A stretch of DNA of 64,000 nucleotides from Tubulanus polymorphus. Taxonomy: Eukaryota; Animalia; Nemertea. Numbering within the stretch: the first letter of the stretch is position 1; each line of letters begins with the position of its first letter. This document shows, piece after piece, positions 50,361 to 64,000 of the stretch. The stretch is taken from the NCBI RefSeq assembly GCF_964204645.1, contig NC_134025.1, positions 1,674,001 through 1,738,000 on the forward strand, read 5' to 3'. The notes beneath the pieces were generated by a model. The model saw only the letters and a program-made list of their open reading frames with translations. It was not told the DNA's origin and made no database searches. The translations under genes were made by a program, and so were the position numbers.

Positions 50361-53300
50361 TCACTGTATCCGTGATAACATACTTATGCTTCCTCTCCTT
50401 TGAAGGTCGTGGACAGCTTCGCGGTGATGTGTCTGTTCTTTTAACAACTCTGATAACTGAAAAAATGTAATGGTTTTTCAGTGTCTAATTGGAATTCAAC
50501 GTATAACAAGAATGAGATTACAAATGTGTTATTTTACCTTATTAAGTAGGTACAGATTGTTAACTATTTCATCTTCTAGAGAATAAAACCGTCCTTCTGA
50601 AATACGTCCTTTTTTCTGTAATAATTCCACCTCCAGTTGATCTGCTTGTTGTCGAATCTGTTCTCTGATATCTCGAATTTGCGACAGTTCCTCCCTACAA
50701 AATGTCATGATATTCTCTCTGTGCGAATTAACAATTTAGAATTTCAATCAAATGTGAAGGTTATGATACTCACAAGTCCTGATCACACATTATATCGATC
50801 TGTTTCTCATAACAAGCCGATGCTTCTTTTTCGGTTTGCAACAAATCGCTTTTGTATTTCCTAACGCAATGTATCAGCAGATCCAAATCCTTATAGACCC
50901 GCTACAAAATAGATAAATGAAACTGTTCATATTCATGATTTGATCATCAGTTGAAATGATTAAGATGATAGCTGTGAGAAGCCTACACAAGTAACTGCAC
51001 AAACCGGCATTTTAGATCCAATTCTGACATGGAGTAAACCATTATTAAAACTACTTGTACAACAAAACAGCAGTAGATATACTAGGTATACTATACTCAA
51101 TGACGATTCAAATTCGAATAAGCGACAATGTTACTATATTACACAGATGTACCAGGAGGCCGCCGGACCAGGAGGGGGTATTTATAATACATGTATTTAA
51201 TGACATGTTATGCTATTATTCACCTACATCGAAGAATTGTCAAACTACAGGTGTGCTAGATAATAATATTCTACCACCATAATTATGCTACCCACATCTC
51301 TATGATGTATTTCAAAAACCCAAATATGTTCATAGTTACAGGTGTTAAGTATATAATCCTCTTCATTATTTCTCCTATATATAAATCGTTCATCATAAAA
51401 TCTAAACGTATCTAGCCGGTGCATTCAATGTCTATACGACCAAATAAACACTTACAGTTTTCTTATCTTCGACAAGCTGATTATTTTTGCTGGTTGCGAA
51501 TGGTTTTTCCTTTAAGAAAAATTATAAAAAATTATAATCATACAGATTGCGATTAGCAGATGACAAACAATGTTAAATATACCAGTGTACTCACCATACA
51601 AACAACACAATAACTCTCTAAAGGACAAACCATTCTACAATGATTCTTGGCCATAATTATTGAGCCAATATCTAATACTGTATTTCCAATTTATCATTCC
51701 ACAATTATTTCACGAGCCGTGTATAGAAAAATATTTTGCCAGCTTTGTGGAAGAATGAACATGTTATAAGAAATACCTATAATAGTTTTAATGCCAAGGT
51801 TGTCTAAGTAAGATTATAAACACATGCATACATATTCGAAGTTTTAACTATGTCTATAACGAGACAGTGCAGGGTTTCAAGTGAGATCATTGAAGCATAA
51901 CGAAACCCAGCAGTCAGTACTGCTGTTCAACACACCAGCAGTCAGTAGACACACCAGGTTTTCCCAACAGTAACAGCGGCTAATATCAGGCAACATATAC
52001 AAACATCAATCAAAAACTCTTTATTCACAAAAAAGAGTTTATTGTTGCATATATTTGGTTACCGAAGTTTTTTGAATAATTTTCATTTGAATCTATATCA
52101 AGTCACTACAAAGGATTTATTCTTGGATTCAATAGACTTAATACATCTGACCCTCAGTTTTACAAGTTGTTTATGTGCATGAACCATTAATTCATAGCAG
52201 TTAAAATCTGTACATATTAGTACATTTATGCTAATCCAACCTGTGCTGAAAATAACATGTGCCTTAAAACCTGAAGTACATACATAGGTTATTCAGGGTA
52301 CCAAGCACTGCAGAAGTATTATTCTAGTGAATTCTACGGTCCTTTTAACTGGGTCAATAACAAATAATGATAATATATTCATAATCAGAATGTAATAGGT
52401 ACTTACTGTATCAGAATCAGTCAAAGAATCATTGTTTGTTCGACACAATTTCTTCAGAGTTATGTAAGCATCTTTATAATGATCTAATTCAGGATTCTTC
52501 TGTTGATTATCGTCCAACATCACGAAACTGCTTCCATCTGGTCCAGGAACAACTTTCAGATCGACATATGATCTTTTATATGAACTAGTTTCCTCTCTGC
52601 TACCATTATAGATACTAGAATAGTTAAACTGTGGAACCGTGAAGGAGAAGACTTTTTCCCCACATGTGAAAGAATCCGGAGACCAATTTTGATAGCCAAA
52701 TCCAGTGAGAGGACTCAAGAATTCATCTGTTTGAGTTCCAATTTCTCTATTTTCGCTCATCTTAGCAGGAGATATTATACCATCACTTTCTATGACAAGA
52801 TCAACATTAGTTTTGTACAAGACTGCTTCTTCTGTATTTTCATCATTAGCAGCAGGAATGAAATCTGATTCAGATATCACACTTCCACATTCATCCCCTT
52901 TCCAATCATTCGGCAATTCAACTTCTAATGTCTGTAGCTTCATGACTGGCAACGATCTTTCCTTTGGATCTGTCTGAATGCAAAGATAACTGGAATCTTC
53001 GGGTGTATTTCTATATTTTTCAAATTTCAATGTTTTTGCTATCCTCGGTATTATTGGAGACAAATGATGTGGAGTTTGAATTCTTTCATTTGGTTTCTCG
53101 AGGTCTTGTGTAAGGTATGGGCTGCTAGTACTAACTGGAATGACATCATCTACCAGTATCTTAGCAGATGCTTGGTATTGATTTCTGTCAACTCTAGGCG
53201 TCTGATGTATATCTGCCTGATTTATCCAGCTGTTGCTGGTATTTACAGCAGTTACATTAGAAATTGAAATCTGCTCTTCTACAATATTTCCTTCACTAGG

Positions 53301-56300
53301 CATATCATCTGTGACCTGATTAGAAACAGCATTAACTGAACTTTGTTGTTTATCTTTTCCTTCCGTAATCTGCTTGTCATCATCGCCAAAGGTTTTCTGG
53401 ACCATGGCTTTAAATTTGTCGAAAAGTCCCGGTTTTTCAATTTCAGGTGGTTTGGTGTCTGATTTTTCATCGCGAAGTTTAAGTAGTAAACGATCGATAA
53501 AATCAGGTTTTGGTTTCATTTCCCGAATATTTTCTTCATTCTTTTCGTTTGATGTATGATCTGATACAGGTTTCCCCGGCACAACTTTGAAATCCATATC
53601 TCCAGTCGGAACAAGAGTTTGCGAACTGCTAGAATGATTCTTCGTCAGATCGGTATCATCATTTATATTAGCCAATGTTATTTGTTCTATTGCGTAATCA
53701 TTTTCACTTATCTTTTCCTCACAATCATTTTCTTCTGGACTCAAATTGACTCCAACTGTTTCACTCACTATTTCATCATCAACTAGAATTTTCTTTTGTA
53801 CAATAGACTTCAATTTCTTCATAATTCCTTCCGACAATTGTGACTCCTCCCTTGATTTTTTCTTTTCCAAACTTTCTAATAAATAACCAGCAAACTGATT
53901 TCTAATTCTATATTTAGGAAGGATCTTTTCTTCATCTACTGGAGGTAGCTCAGAGTAATCTGTACTTGGTTCTAATTTAGTAGGAAAATCAGTCAACTCT
54001 GAAGAAAGAATATTTGCAGCATTTTCCAAGTTGTTTCTCACGGTTTCTTCATCTTTAGACGTCCGTTTTTCTGGTATTCCATATCGAGATATCTCTACAG
54101 TTATTTCAGGTTCAGCAATGTCTGATGGATTGCTGTAACTTATGGGTTCAATAGCAGGATCATAGTCTTCATGTTCCTCTTCAGACTGGTTCAATTTCTC
54201 TTCTGGACTTAAATTGACTTCATCAACTGTTTTACTCACTATTTCATCATCAACAGGAATTTTCTTACGAACAATTGATTTCAACTTCTTTATGATTCCT
54301 TCTGATAGTTTTGGCTCATCTGCCCTAGATTTCTTCTTTTCCAAACTTTCTAATAGATAACCAGCAAACTGATTTCTAATTCTGTATTTAGGAAGGATCT
54401 TTACTTCATCAACTGGAGGTAACTCAGAGTAATCTGTACTTGGTTCTAATTTACTAGGAAAATCAGTCAACTCTGAAGAAAGAATATTTGCAGCATTTTC
54501 AAAGTCGTTTCTCAAAGTTTCATTATCTTTAAATATCCGTTTTTCGGGTATTCCATATCGAGATATCTCTACAGTTATTTCAGGTTCAGCAATGTCTGAT
54601 GGATTGCTGTATCTTATGGGTTCAATAGCAGGATCATAGTCTTCATGTTCCTCTTCAGACTGGTTCAATTTCTCTTCTGGACTTAAATTGACTTCATCAA
54701 CTGTTTTACTCACTATTTCATCATCAACGGGAATTTTCTTATGAACAATTGATTTCAACTTCTTTATGATTCCCTTTGATAGTTTTGGCTCATCTGTCCT
54801 TGATTTCTTCTTTTCCAAACTTTCTAATAAATAACCAGCAAACTGATTTCTAATTCTGTATTTAGGAAGGATCATTTCTTCATCAACTGGAGTTAACTCA
54901 GAGTAATCTGTACTTGGTTCTAATTTAGTAGGAAAATCAGTCAACTCTGAAGAAAGGATTTTTGTAGCATTTTCAAAGTCGTTTCTCAAAGTTTCATTAT
55001 CTTTAAATATCCGTTTTTCGGGTATTCCATATCGAGATATCTCGGCAGTTATTTTAGGTTCAGCAATGTCTGATGGATTGCTGTAACTTATGGGTTCAAT
55101 AGCAGGATCATAGTCTTCATGTTCCTCTTCAGACTGGTTCAATTTCTCTTCTGGACTTGAATTGACTTCATGAACTGTTTTACTCACTATTTCATCATCA
55201 ACAGGAATTTTCTTATGAACAATTGATTTCAATTTCCTTATGATTCCCTTTGATATTTTTGGCTCATCTGTCCTTGATTTCTTCTTTTCCATACCTTCTA
55301 ATAAATAACCAGCAAACTGATTTCTAATTCTGTATTTAGGAAGGATCATTTCTTCATCAACTGGAGTTAAATCAGAGTAATCTGTACTTGGTTCTAATTT
55401 ACTAGGATAATCAGTCAATTTTGAAGAAAGGATTTTTGTAGCATTTTCCAAGTTGTTTTTCACGGTTTCTTTATCTTTAGATATCCGTTTTTCTGGTATT
55501 CCATATCGAGATATCTCTACAGTTATTTCAGGTTCAGCAATGTCTGATGGATTGCTGTATCTTATGGGTTCAATAGCAGGATCATAGTCTTCATGTTCCT
55601 CTTCAGACTGGTTCAATTTCTCTTCTGGACTTGAATTGACTTCATGAACTGTTTTACTCACTATTTCATCATCAACAGGAATTTTCTTATGAACAATTGA
55701 TTTCAATTTCTTTATGATTCCTTTCGATAGTTTTGGCTCATCTGTCCTAGATTTCTTCTTTTCCAAACTTTCTAATAGATAACCAGCAAACTGATTTCTA
55801 ATTCTGTATTTAGGAAGGATCTTTACTTCATCAACTAGAGGTAACTCAGAGTAATCTGTACTTGGTTCTAATTTAGTAGGAAAATCAGTCAACTCTGAAG
55901 AAAGAATATTTGCAGCATTTTCAAAGTCGTTTCTCAAAGTTTCATTATCTTTAAATATCCGTTTTTCGGGTATTCCATATCGAGATATCTCTGCAGTTAT
56001 TTCAGGTTCAGCAATGTCAGATGGATTGCTGTATCTTATGGGTTCAATAGCAGGATCATAGTCTTCATGTTCCTCTTCAGACTGGTTCAACTTCTCTTCT
56101 GGACTTAAATTGACTTCATCAACTGTTTCACTCAGTATTTCATCATCAATAGGAATTTTCTTATGAACAATTGATTTCAACTTCTTTATGATTCCTTCTG
56201 ATAGTTTTGGCTCATTTGTCCTAGATTTCTTCTTTTCCAAACTTTGTAATAGATAACCAGCAAACTGATTTCTAATTCTGTATTTAGGAAGGATCTTTAC

Positions 56301-59300
56301 TTCATCAACTAGAGGTAACTCAGAGTAATCTGCAGTTGGTTCTAATTTACTAGGAAAATCGGTCAACTCTGAAGAAAGAATATTTGCAGCATTTTCAAAG
56401 TCGTTTCTCAAAGTTTCATTATCTTTAGATATCCGTTTTTCTGGTATTCCATATCGAGATATCTCTGCAGTTATTTCAGGTTCAGCAATGTCTGATGGAT
56501 TGCTGTAACTTGTGGGTTCAATAGCAGGATCATAGTCTTCATGTTCCTCTTCAGACTGGTTTAACTTCTCTTCTGGACTTAAATTGACTTCATCAACTGT
56601 TTCACTCAATATTTCATCATCAACAGGAATTTTCTTACGAACAATTGATTTCAACTTCTTTATGATTCCTTCTGATAGTTTTGGCTCATTTGTCCTAGAT
56701 TTCTTCTTTTCCAAACTTTCTAATAAATAACCAGCAAACTGATTTCTAATTCTGTATTTAGGAAGGATCTTTACTTCATCAACTAGAGGTAACTCAGAGT
56801 AATCTGTACTTGGTTCTAATTTAGTAGGAAAATCAGTCAATTCTGAAGAAAGGATTTTTGTAGCATTTTCAAAGTCGCTTCTCAAAGTTTCATTATCTTT
56901 AGATATCCGTTTTTCTGGTATTCCATATCGAGATTTCTCTGCAGTTATTTCAGGTTCAGCAATGTCTGATGGATTGCTGTATCTTATGGGTTCAATAGCA
57001 GGATCATAGTCTTCATGTTCCTCTTCAGACTGGTTCAATTTCTCTTCTGGACTTAAATTGACATCATCAACTGTTTCACTCACTATTTCATCATCAATAG
57101 GAATTTCCTTATGAACAATTGATTTCAATTTCTTTATGATTCCTTCTGATAGTTTTGGCTCATCTGCCCTTGATTTCTTCTTTTCCAAACTTTCTAATAA
57201 ATAATCAGCAAACTGATTTCTAATTCTGTATTTAGGAAGGATCTTTTCTTCATCTACTGGAGGTAACTCTGGTACTGGTACTGGAGGTAATTTACTAGGA
57301 AAATCAGTCAACTCTGAAGAAAGAATATTTGCAGCATTTTCCAAGTTGTTTTTCACGGTTTCTTCATCTTTAGGCGTCCATTTTTCTGGTATTCCATATC
57401 GAGATTTCTCTGCAGTTATTTCAGGTTCTGCAATGTCAGATGGATTACGGTATTTCATTAATTCAGGAGTACTATTATAAGATGTTCTTCCTCTGTCCTT
57501 CCCCATATTCTGTGGGGTATAGTCTGGTATGGTTTGTACCTCTAGTTTCGATCCATTGCCAGCTTCAATTGGCTTTCTCATACTTTTCAGATTTCCCATG
57601 AATACCTTTCTTGCCTTTTGTACAATACCTGAAGGAATAAATCCCAGATCCGTACGTTTTATAGGTTTATCTGGATTGAGTATTTCCAGATTTGTGTTTA
57701 AACATCCAGAGCCATCATCATCTTTCATTATAAAAGTTGGAGCAGTTTCAGTAACTGATGTAGTGCCCTCACAGATTAAACTAGAATCATCATTTTCAGA
57801 TTCAATGTCTTTGTATTCAAAGTTATTATTGTTTGATTGAGAAACAGAAATGCCATCATCTTCATCATCACTCTCCTCAGAATCAGACATTAAAGCAGCA
57901 AAAGATTGAACTGCAGCCTGTTTCCAATCATTATCTTTTTGATCAACAGAACCGTGTTCTAATTCACGTGGAACACCAAGATTTACATTGACATTTTCTA
58001 CCATTTGCTGCAATTCATTTTCATCATTTTTATGATCAATTTTACTTATGGTTCCAGCATTGAGTTCTTTGTCTGCTGCAATGGGTTTAGAAGGTCGAAC
58101 TACACAAACACTACTCTGTCGTGAACCAATATAAAATTTCACATAAGCCTCTTCATCTGAAATTTCCTCATTAATTTCATCATCAGTTGAACTATTTATG
58201 ATATTCAACAGTTTTCCACCATCCACATCATCACCATTTTCTCGGAATCTTGAAAAACTCGCATCACGACTCGACTCAGATAAAGCGTTCACATCCGCGG
58301 ATAAAAGTGACAAATTATTGACTTCAGCTCTTTCTGGTTTTATGATATCGTCATCTAACAAAAGCTCTGATTTCTCTGCAGTCATATTTCCATTTACTTT
58401 CTCTGGTTGCGTCAGATCATATCGTATACAATTAGTATCCCTATCTTCGACTGATAATGTTAAAACAGGTGGTTGCTTAATATCTGTCTGATGCAATTCA
58501 TCATCACTGTTCTCAGCATGTGATTGTCCTAAATGATCACCGGATGTTCGGTAAATTTTTATTTTCCGTAGATCAGACTCGGACAATGGATTGTCATGCG
58601 CCATCTTCGGAATTTCTTTATTGCCTCTTTCATTTGAATCGGTCGATATGCTTCGACTGAATTTCCAAGGAAACATACTTTCTAAAAATCCTGCCTCTTC
58701 TTTAGTATTAGATGAATCCCGGGTTTTCTTGGATACTTTTTCCATTTTCTTTGAACCAACTCCGAACCGTTCCTCATACCAAGCTATTATTTCCTCTTTC
58801 ATAAACGCTTCTTGTTCCTTCTCAGAATCTTTTGTCTTTGGTTTTGTACCAAATTTATCTTCATACCAAGCACTGAAGTCATCAGTTATTTTACGCTTTC
58901 TTATTGTATCTGAAGCCACTGCTTGATTATCCTTAGGTATTGCTGGTGCATGTATCTCCATATCCACAGTTGCCTCGTCGGTTAGATTAGTATCATCTCT
59001 TGTTACTTCTGTATCTCCAGAACCATCGGACAAATTAACATCAAAATCTTTTTTCGTACCAACACCAAACTTATCTTCATACCAAGCAATAACGGTAGCA
59101 TTCATATCTCCTGTTGATCGATAGATGCCCTGAGAACCATCTCTGATCACCTCTACATCAGGATTGCTAAATTCATTGCCCATTTTGATATCAGAACTTT
59201 CTGAATTAGGAATATATATGACAGATTCCGTTGTACTCAAACGACTACGTTGAAAATAATGGTCTTCACTTTGTTCACTTTCAGTTTCAGATTGTGCCTA

Positions 59301-62300
59301 GAATTCAGATTTATCAGAAACGCACCATTATAATCATAATATAATTTGCCAATGAGTAGACAATAATTTACGTAAAACTATGCACAAAATACCTTAGATT
59401 CGTTTTCTATCTGCCCATGATCTGAATCGGCAAATCCACTGCTGTCAGACTGTAGGCTGTTTGATTGAGTCAATTTTCCTGCAAAAATAGTTACGATTTT
59501 GGAAATGAGCAGTGATGTAGCTACAACCGCAACATACGACAGCCAATCTTGCATCGCATAGAGGATAATCACTTATACATGGTAGAACTTCTATATCGTA
59601 ATCCATTTTCTGATATCTATGGTACTCTACCTAATTCAATGCTCATTGTAATAATCATGTAGTTTTCTAATGACATATGCGACGAAAGTAGAGAAAAAGA
59701 GTATAAAAACAGTGAATATGAATACATTTCATACATAACTGGTCACCACCCCTTCTTGACCCTTGAGGGTTAATCAAATAAAAGAACTCCGCTTAAACCT
59801 TACACTTCAAAGCATATTTTAGAATAACATAAAACATGGGTGAAAAAAGTTCCGTACTGAACTTTTATTCGTACGTATATACACAACTCATTTGATGTCA
59901 TGCATATTTTTTGAAGATCATAAATTTGAACAATTTACCTGTAAATGATAGATGAAGGCTAAACCATGCAATACGAATAGGAAACTAAATACTACAGGGA
60001 AAAACTACCTCACGACAGATCCTGACAATCCCAAAATGTGCATTATACATATATGAATTTACGCAGTTTAAAAGATTACTAACTATTTGCCTTGACCAGA
60101 AATGTACATGTAATGAAGGTAGAAAATCATTGGCCCAGTAAATTCTCACTACCGACTATACAACAGTTCTTAAACAGTCATTTCTAATTAATCAAAAGAT
60201 AGCAATTAAGAACCAGCTCAGTGAAGTCAAGCATGCTTTACATTTTCCAGGGTCATGCTTTGAGTGTTGAGAATTGAAAATTAGTTCTAATCGTTTAGCA
60301 GTATATCTAACTTCAGTAAGCCTCGCCAACAAATTACCTAAGGAAAACAATGGTCATAGTTTCCCCAAAAGAAGTCGCTTATATACGATACTACGTCTAG
60401 TGAGCATGCAAGGTGTCTACGGTCTAATTGTGTTAAGTTAAAAACATTACCTGTATATGTCTAAACAAAAATATCAAAGAAAAATATGGCATAGTTTTGA
60501 GAAAATTTTCATATCATCAATCTTGATATATTTTCTATCAACTAGTCATTTCAATTTGGTTTACCTCTTCGATTGTGTATGACAGGTGATAATCGGTCAC
60601 TCTGAATCTGAAAGACGAACAATTCCTCATTTACTAATACAAAATATCACTACAAAATCGATTAAAGCATCCAGATCTTACCTCTTCGAGTTCAAACGAA
60701 TCTTGCTTGCCACAAGTTGCGAAGTTATTTTCAGAGATTTCTCTTGTCAGGTCAGTTCGTGGCGCTTGTATCATTTCTCTCGTATTTATCAAGGATATGA
60801 AATCATGATTCGTATTATCCGACGATATTGTATCGAGTCGTTCAGATGAAACTACTTCACCGGCCTGACTACAGACAACTGATATCGAGGATATTTGATC
60901 AGTTCCCGGGGAACAATCGTCTCTGAAATGCTCTTCAGTTTTATTACTATCGGTGTTTGCTCGTTTCATTGACCGAGGCTCTAGAGAAACGAGATGCAAA
61001 GGTGAAGTAAATACAGGCTTCATACACCTCTCCTCATTATCCACAATCCTGTCAGATATATCCGTATTCTCAGTAAATGCCGTCGATTTATGGACGAAAA
61101 AGTCTACAAGATTCACATCTTTTAGAGATAGATTATTTACAAATTGCGGCATTTGTTTATTGTTATCGTTAATATCAGTCTCACACACCGGTAAATCAGG
61201 TGAAACTTTCAGCTCATCCGATTCTTTAGTTCTGATTAACGGTTCTATAGTCACGCGAAGTCCAACACCTTTATTCAGATTCCATATATTACATAAATTA
61301 CCATATGATTCCGTATTCAAATCACGTGTGTCAATAAAATTATCATCATGTTGAACTGTATTTGAGTCATAATCAACAATTTCATCTTGATCAAATACAA
61401 GGTTGTGACTGACTGAATCATTACTCAATCCATCACCAGTAAATAAATAACTTTCATCCTCTTCTTCGTCTGAACTAACGGCTTTCTGTCGCATCAATGG
61501 CTGGTGTCCGACGCTTTTCGAACGTTGTTTGTAATGGGTGAGTTTACTGTGAAAATCTGCTGGTCCGCTGAAAGATTTACTCAGTCCACGACCTACAATT
61601 TCACTATCGGTACTGATTACATCAGAATTCTGACTAGTTTTATCATCAACATTGAATAATTCAGATGAACACATTTCCCCCAGACTTTCACTTAATCCGA
61701 AGTCTGGTATTACGCTCTGTTCATTTTCATACGCACTCGTTAAATCATAATATCCACTAACACCACTGCTACTTTCCGATAAACTTTCTTCATCAATCGT
61801 ATCCAAATGATGAGAATTTGTATCCATTTCTAAATATTTGAAATACAGTTCTCTTCGTTCATTAGGAAGAAGTGGAGATATAGGTTCATTAGTACGATCT
61901 AGTTTCAAAGACAGTGGATCCAGTTTAGAATCATCATCGATACGACAAGATGAAACATCAACACTACTGTCCGGTGGAAGATCAGATGATTCACTGTTAG
62001 TTCTCGAGTAATACTGATATTCACCATCAATCGGGCACACATCGTTTCTATCATTAAAGACATTACACAAAACCTCCTGATCGTTTTTACAGTAATCGAG
62101 ATTTCGAGTGTGAACCATATGAAATATCTCATCAACATCAACGTCATCTGAATCACCCGTGTCCGATGAGAACTCTGAACCTAACTGCGTCGAATTCGTA
62201 GACGACCTCGAAGACTTAAACCGTTCGCGTTTTTGATGTAACTCATCGACGTCTGCCTGAACAATGCCGGCTTCGACTTTAGCTTGGATTTCGTCGTGTG

Positions 62301-63353
62301 TATTCGTCGATAATTCAGAGATGTTTACAGCGATAGTCGACGCATCGGACGGAACAGGTGACGTATTACTGTGTAAATCTATAAGAGTTCCGTCGTCTGA
62401 AAGTGAAGGGTTAAACCAGTAACCTTCCGGATAAACTACATTCTCATTTTCCTTATCCTCCATCTCCGTATTTGGACCTTCTTCGATGATAAGAAACTTT
62501 TCGACTTCGATATCCGTACTAGAATATTCTTCGTGTTTATCTTCGGACACTTTGAGATTCAATGTTTGCACCGTATTACCGAGTAGAACATTCTCCCAAT
62601 CTCGTTTTCTCATTTCAGCAATCGTATTAGGCGAACTTTGCGTCAATTCTTCATTGCGAGTTTTGTTTTTATCGAATAAGTTTTTCACCGGAACAAATAT
62701 GGGCGATACTTTGTAACCGACCGGCGACGATTTTCTAACTTTGATGTTTGTATCATTCAAATGCGTTTTCGCAATCGGACTCAAAGCCGGATGTCCTCCG
62801 GGATGTAGTAAATTTTGTGAACCGCTCCGGACCGGAGAAACTCCTAATCGGTTCATGGCTGAATTCGTCGATCGGCTCAAAAACCGTGAATCGACGTTCA
62901 GAGGGAAGATGGGAACGTGTGGATTCAGGTCCATCGAATCGATATCGAAACTCGATGAGAAAAACGTCGCTCGACTTTTCAAATTAGGATCGAGTCGATA
63001 GAAAGATCCGGTACTTCCTCGCCGGATCGCTAACAGGTATTTACGAACCGGTTCTCGATTATTAATCGCTTTTTGTACATTTTCTCTGAATAGTCGCGGG
63101 TAATGATCGTAATGGCCCTGCTCGGCGAGTACCCTCTGATTCTCCGGGTTCAGAATACTAACTAAGTCTTCGTGGGAACATGACTGATCGGATTTTCTCT
63201 TCAGAAAAACTTCGTTGAATGATTTGTCGATGTATTCATCGGGCAGCGAACAATGATCGAATCGCTGTGGTAATGTCGCCGGTTGATCGCCGAGTAATAA
63301 ATCAGAAATATGAGTTCCAATTGAGTTCTCGCTGCAGATCGAGAATCTATGAT
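50361..63353 (-). CDS. ITPRID/SSFA2(KRAP)/TESPA1-family IP3-receptor-interacting protein, 3' part (5' exons beyond the window). Exons 60682-63353, 60565-60607, 59393-59478, 52407-59297, 51456-51509, 50774-50901, ~50631-50694, 50361-50456
   Basis: Spliced motifs DSFELEE|IQS and QSNSLQSDSSGFAD match family motifs (SFEMEE[IV]QS, SCQSDSSGF). The C-terminal coiled coil RKYKSDLL...DLEELSQIRDIREQIRQQADQLE resembles SSFA2_C. Exon phases are consistent; the last donor is weak. Confidence 0.75.
53735..57452 (-). repeat. Coding tandem repeat, 474-bp (158-aa) unit, ~8 copies
   Basis: Y[RS]NPSDIAEP[EK]IT starts at 57452, 56981, 56507, 56033, 55559, 55085, 54611 and 54137; the frame is open throughout. 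Confidence 0.97.
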
Positions 63354-64000
63354 CTGAAGGAAAAAAACAGTTGAATATTAGTTCAAAACGTAAACAATTA
63401 AAACTTAAATTCTAAGTTCTTAATTTTGCGCACATTTAAAACTGAAGGATGAAATGACAGCAGAAAGAAACTACAGTCAAACTCGGACTACAGTCATCGT
63501 ATCACTATTTTTGAGACCAAATCTTTTTTTCTAAATATAAGTTGTCAACATAATAATCATCACAAATACGATGACTTGAATCAGTTCGACTACACAATCT
63601 AAATATACGAAGATTAAAAATGGTTACGAATAGGGAATAAAGAATTAAGAGAAAATTTCAAGCATGAAAAAAGTATCGTTTGAAAAAACAAAATTTCAAT
63701 GAAATATCGGCTGAAGACCTAACAGGAACATGCCACAAAATGATGTAACAGTAACTATTCAACTTATCAACATGCAATAAAATTGACTAACAAAACCTTT
63801 TGGAAACATAGATTAATCAAAAAATTTAACTACCAAAACCATTCAGAGATATCCAATTTCCAAGCAAAACATCCATAAAGATATACAAATCAACTTCCAG
63901 TATCTAATAGAGCATGCATTGAGAAGAGTTGTCAGAATTGTATTCAGCTCAAGTAATAGAAACTGTCACTATTAGTATTTGAGAATGGTTTTACCTACTC

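Noticed and set aside
52293-52406. Hydrophobic C-terminus of the 2315-aa ORF suggesting a TM anchor
   Set aside because: It lies beyond a strong GTAAGT donor at 52406 and is most likely intron read-through; intron retention cannot be fully excluded.

Overview
AT-rich, intron-containing animal genomic DNA, by gene content probably a marine lophotrochozoan invertebrate (inference). From left to right it holds: a near full-length but frameshifted CR1/L2-group LINE whose ORF1 combines zinc knuckles with an SGNH esterase; a 2-exon secreted two-repeat mini-cadherin with no membrane anchor; and three co-oriented genes encoding a ~1804-aa tail-anchored CBM20 (glycogen/starch-binding) protein with a 630-bp internal repeat, a stand-alone CBM20 paralog, and a disordered protein carrying an ATG8-interacting (LIR)-like motif and repeated WFDx[LIV][WF] motifs. 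That trio is my best candidate for an undescribed glycophagy-type module. Further along are five intronless class A GPCRs (including a recent tandem pair), a 7-exon tandem-domain METTL24-like gene, a calmodulin-like gene, a 12-exon UBA5 with a Penelope-type hammerhead palindrome in an intron, several MITEs and microsatellites, and the 3' part of an ITPRID/SSFA2(KRAP)-like gene with a 6.9-kb phase-0 exon containing ~8 copies of a 474-bp repeat. Exon models were built by hand from GT-AG sites and reading-frame continuity; no database searches were run.
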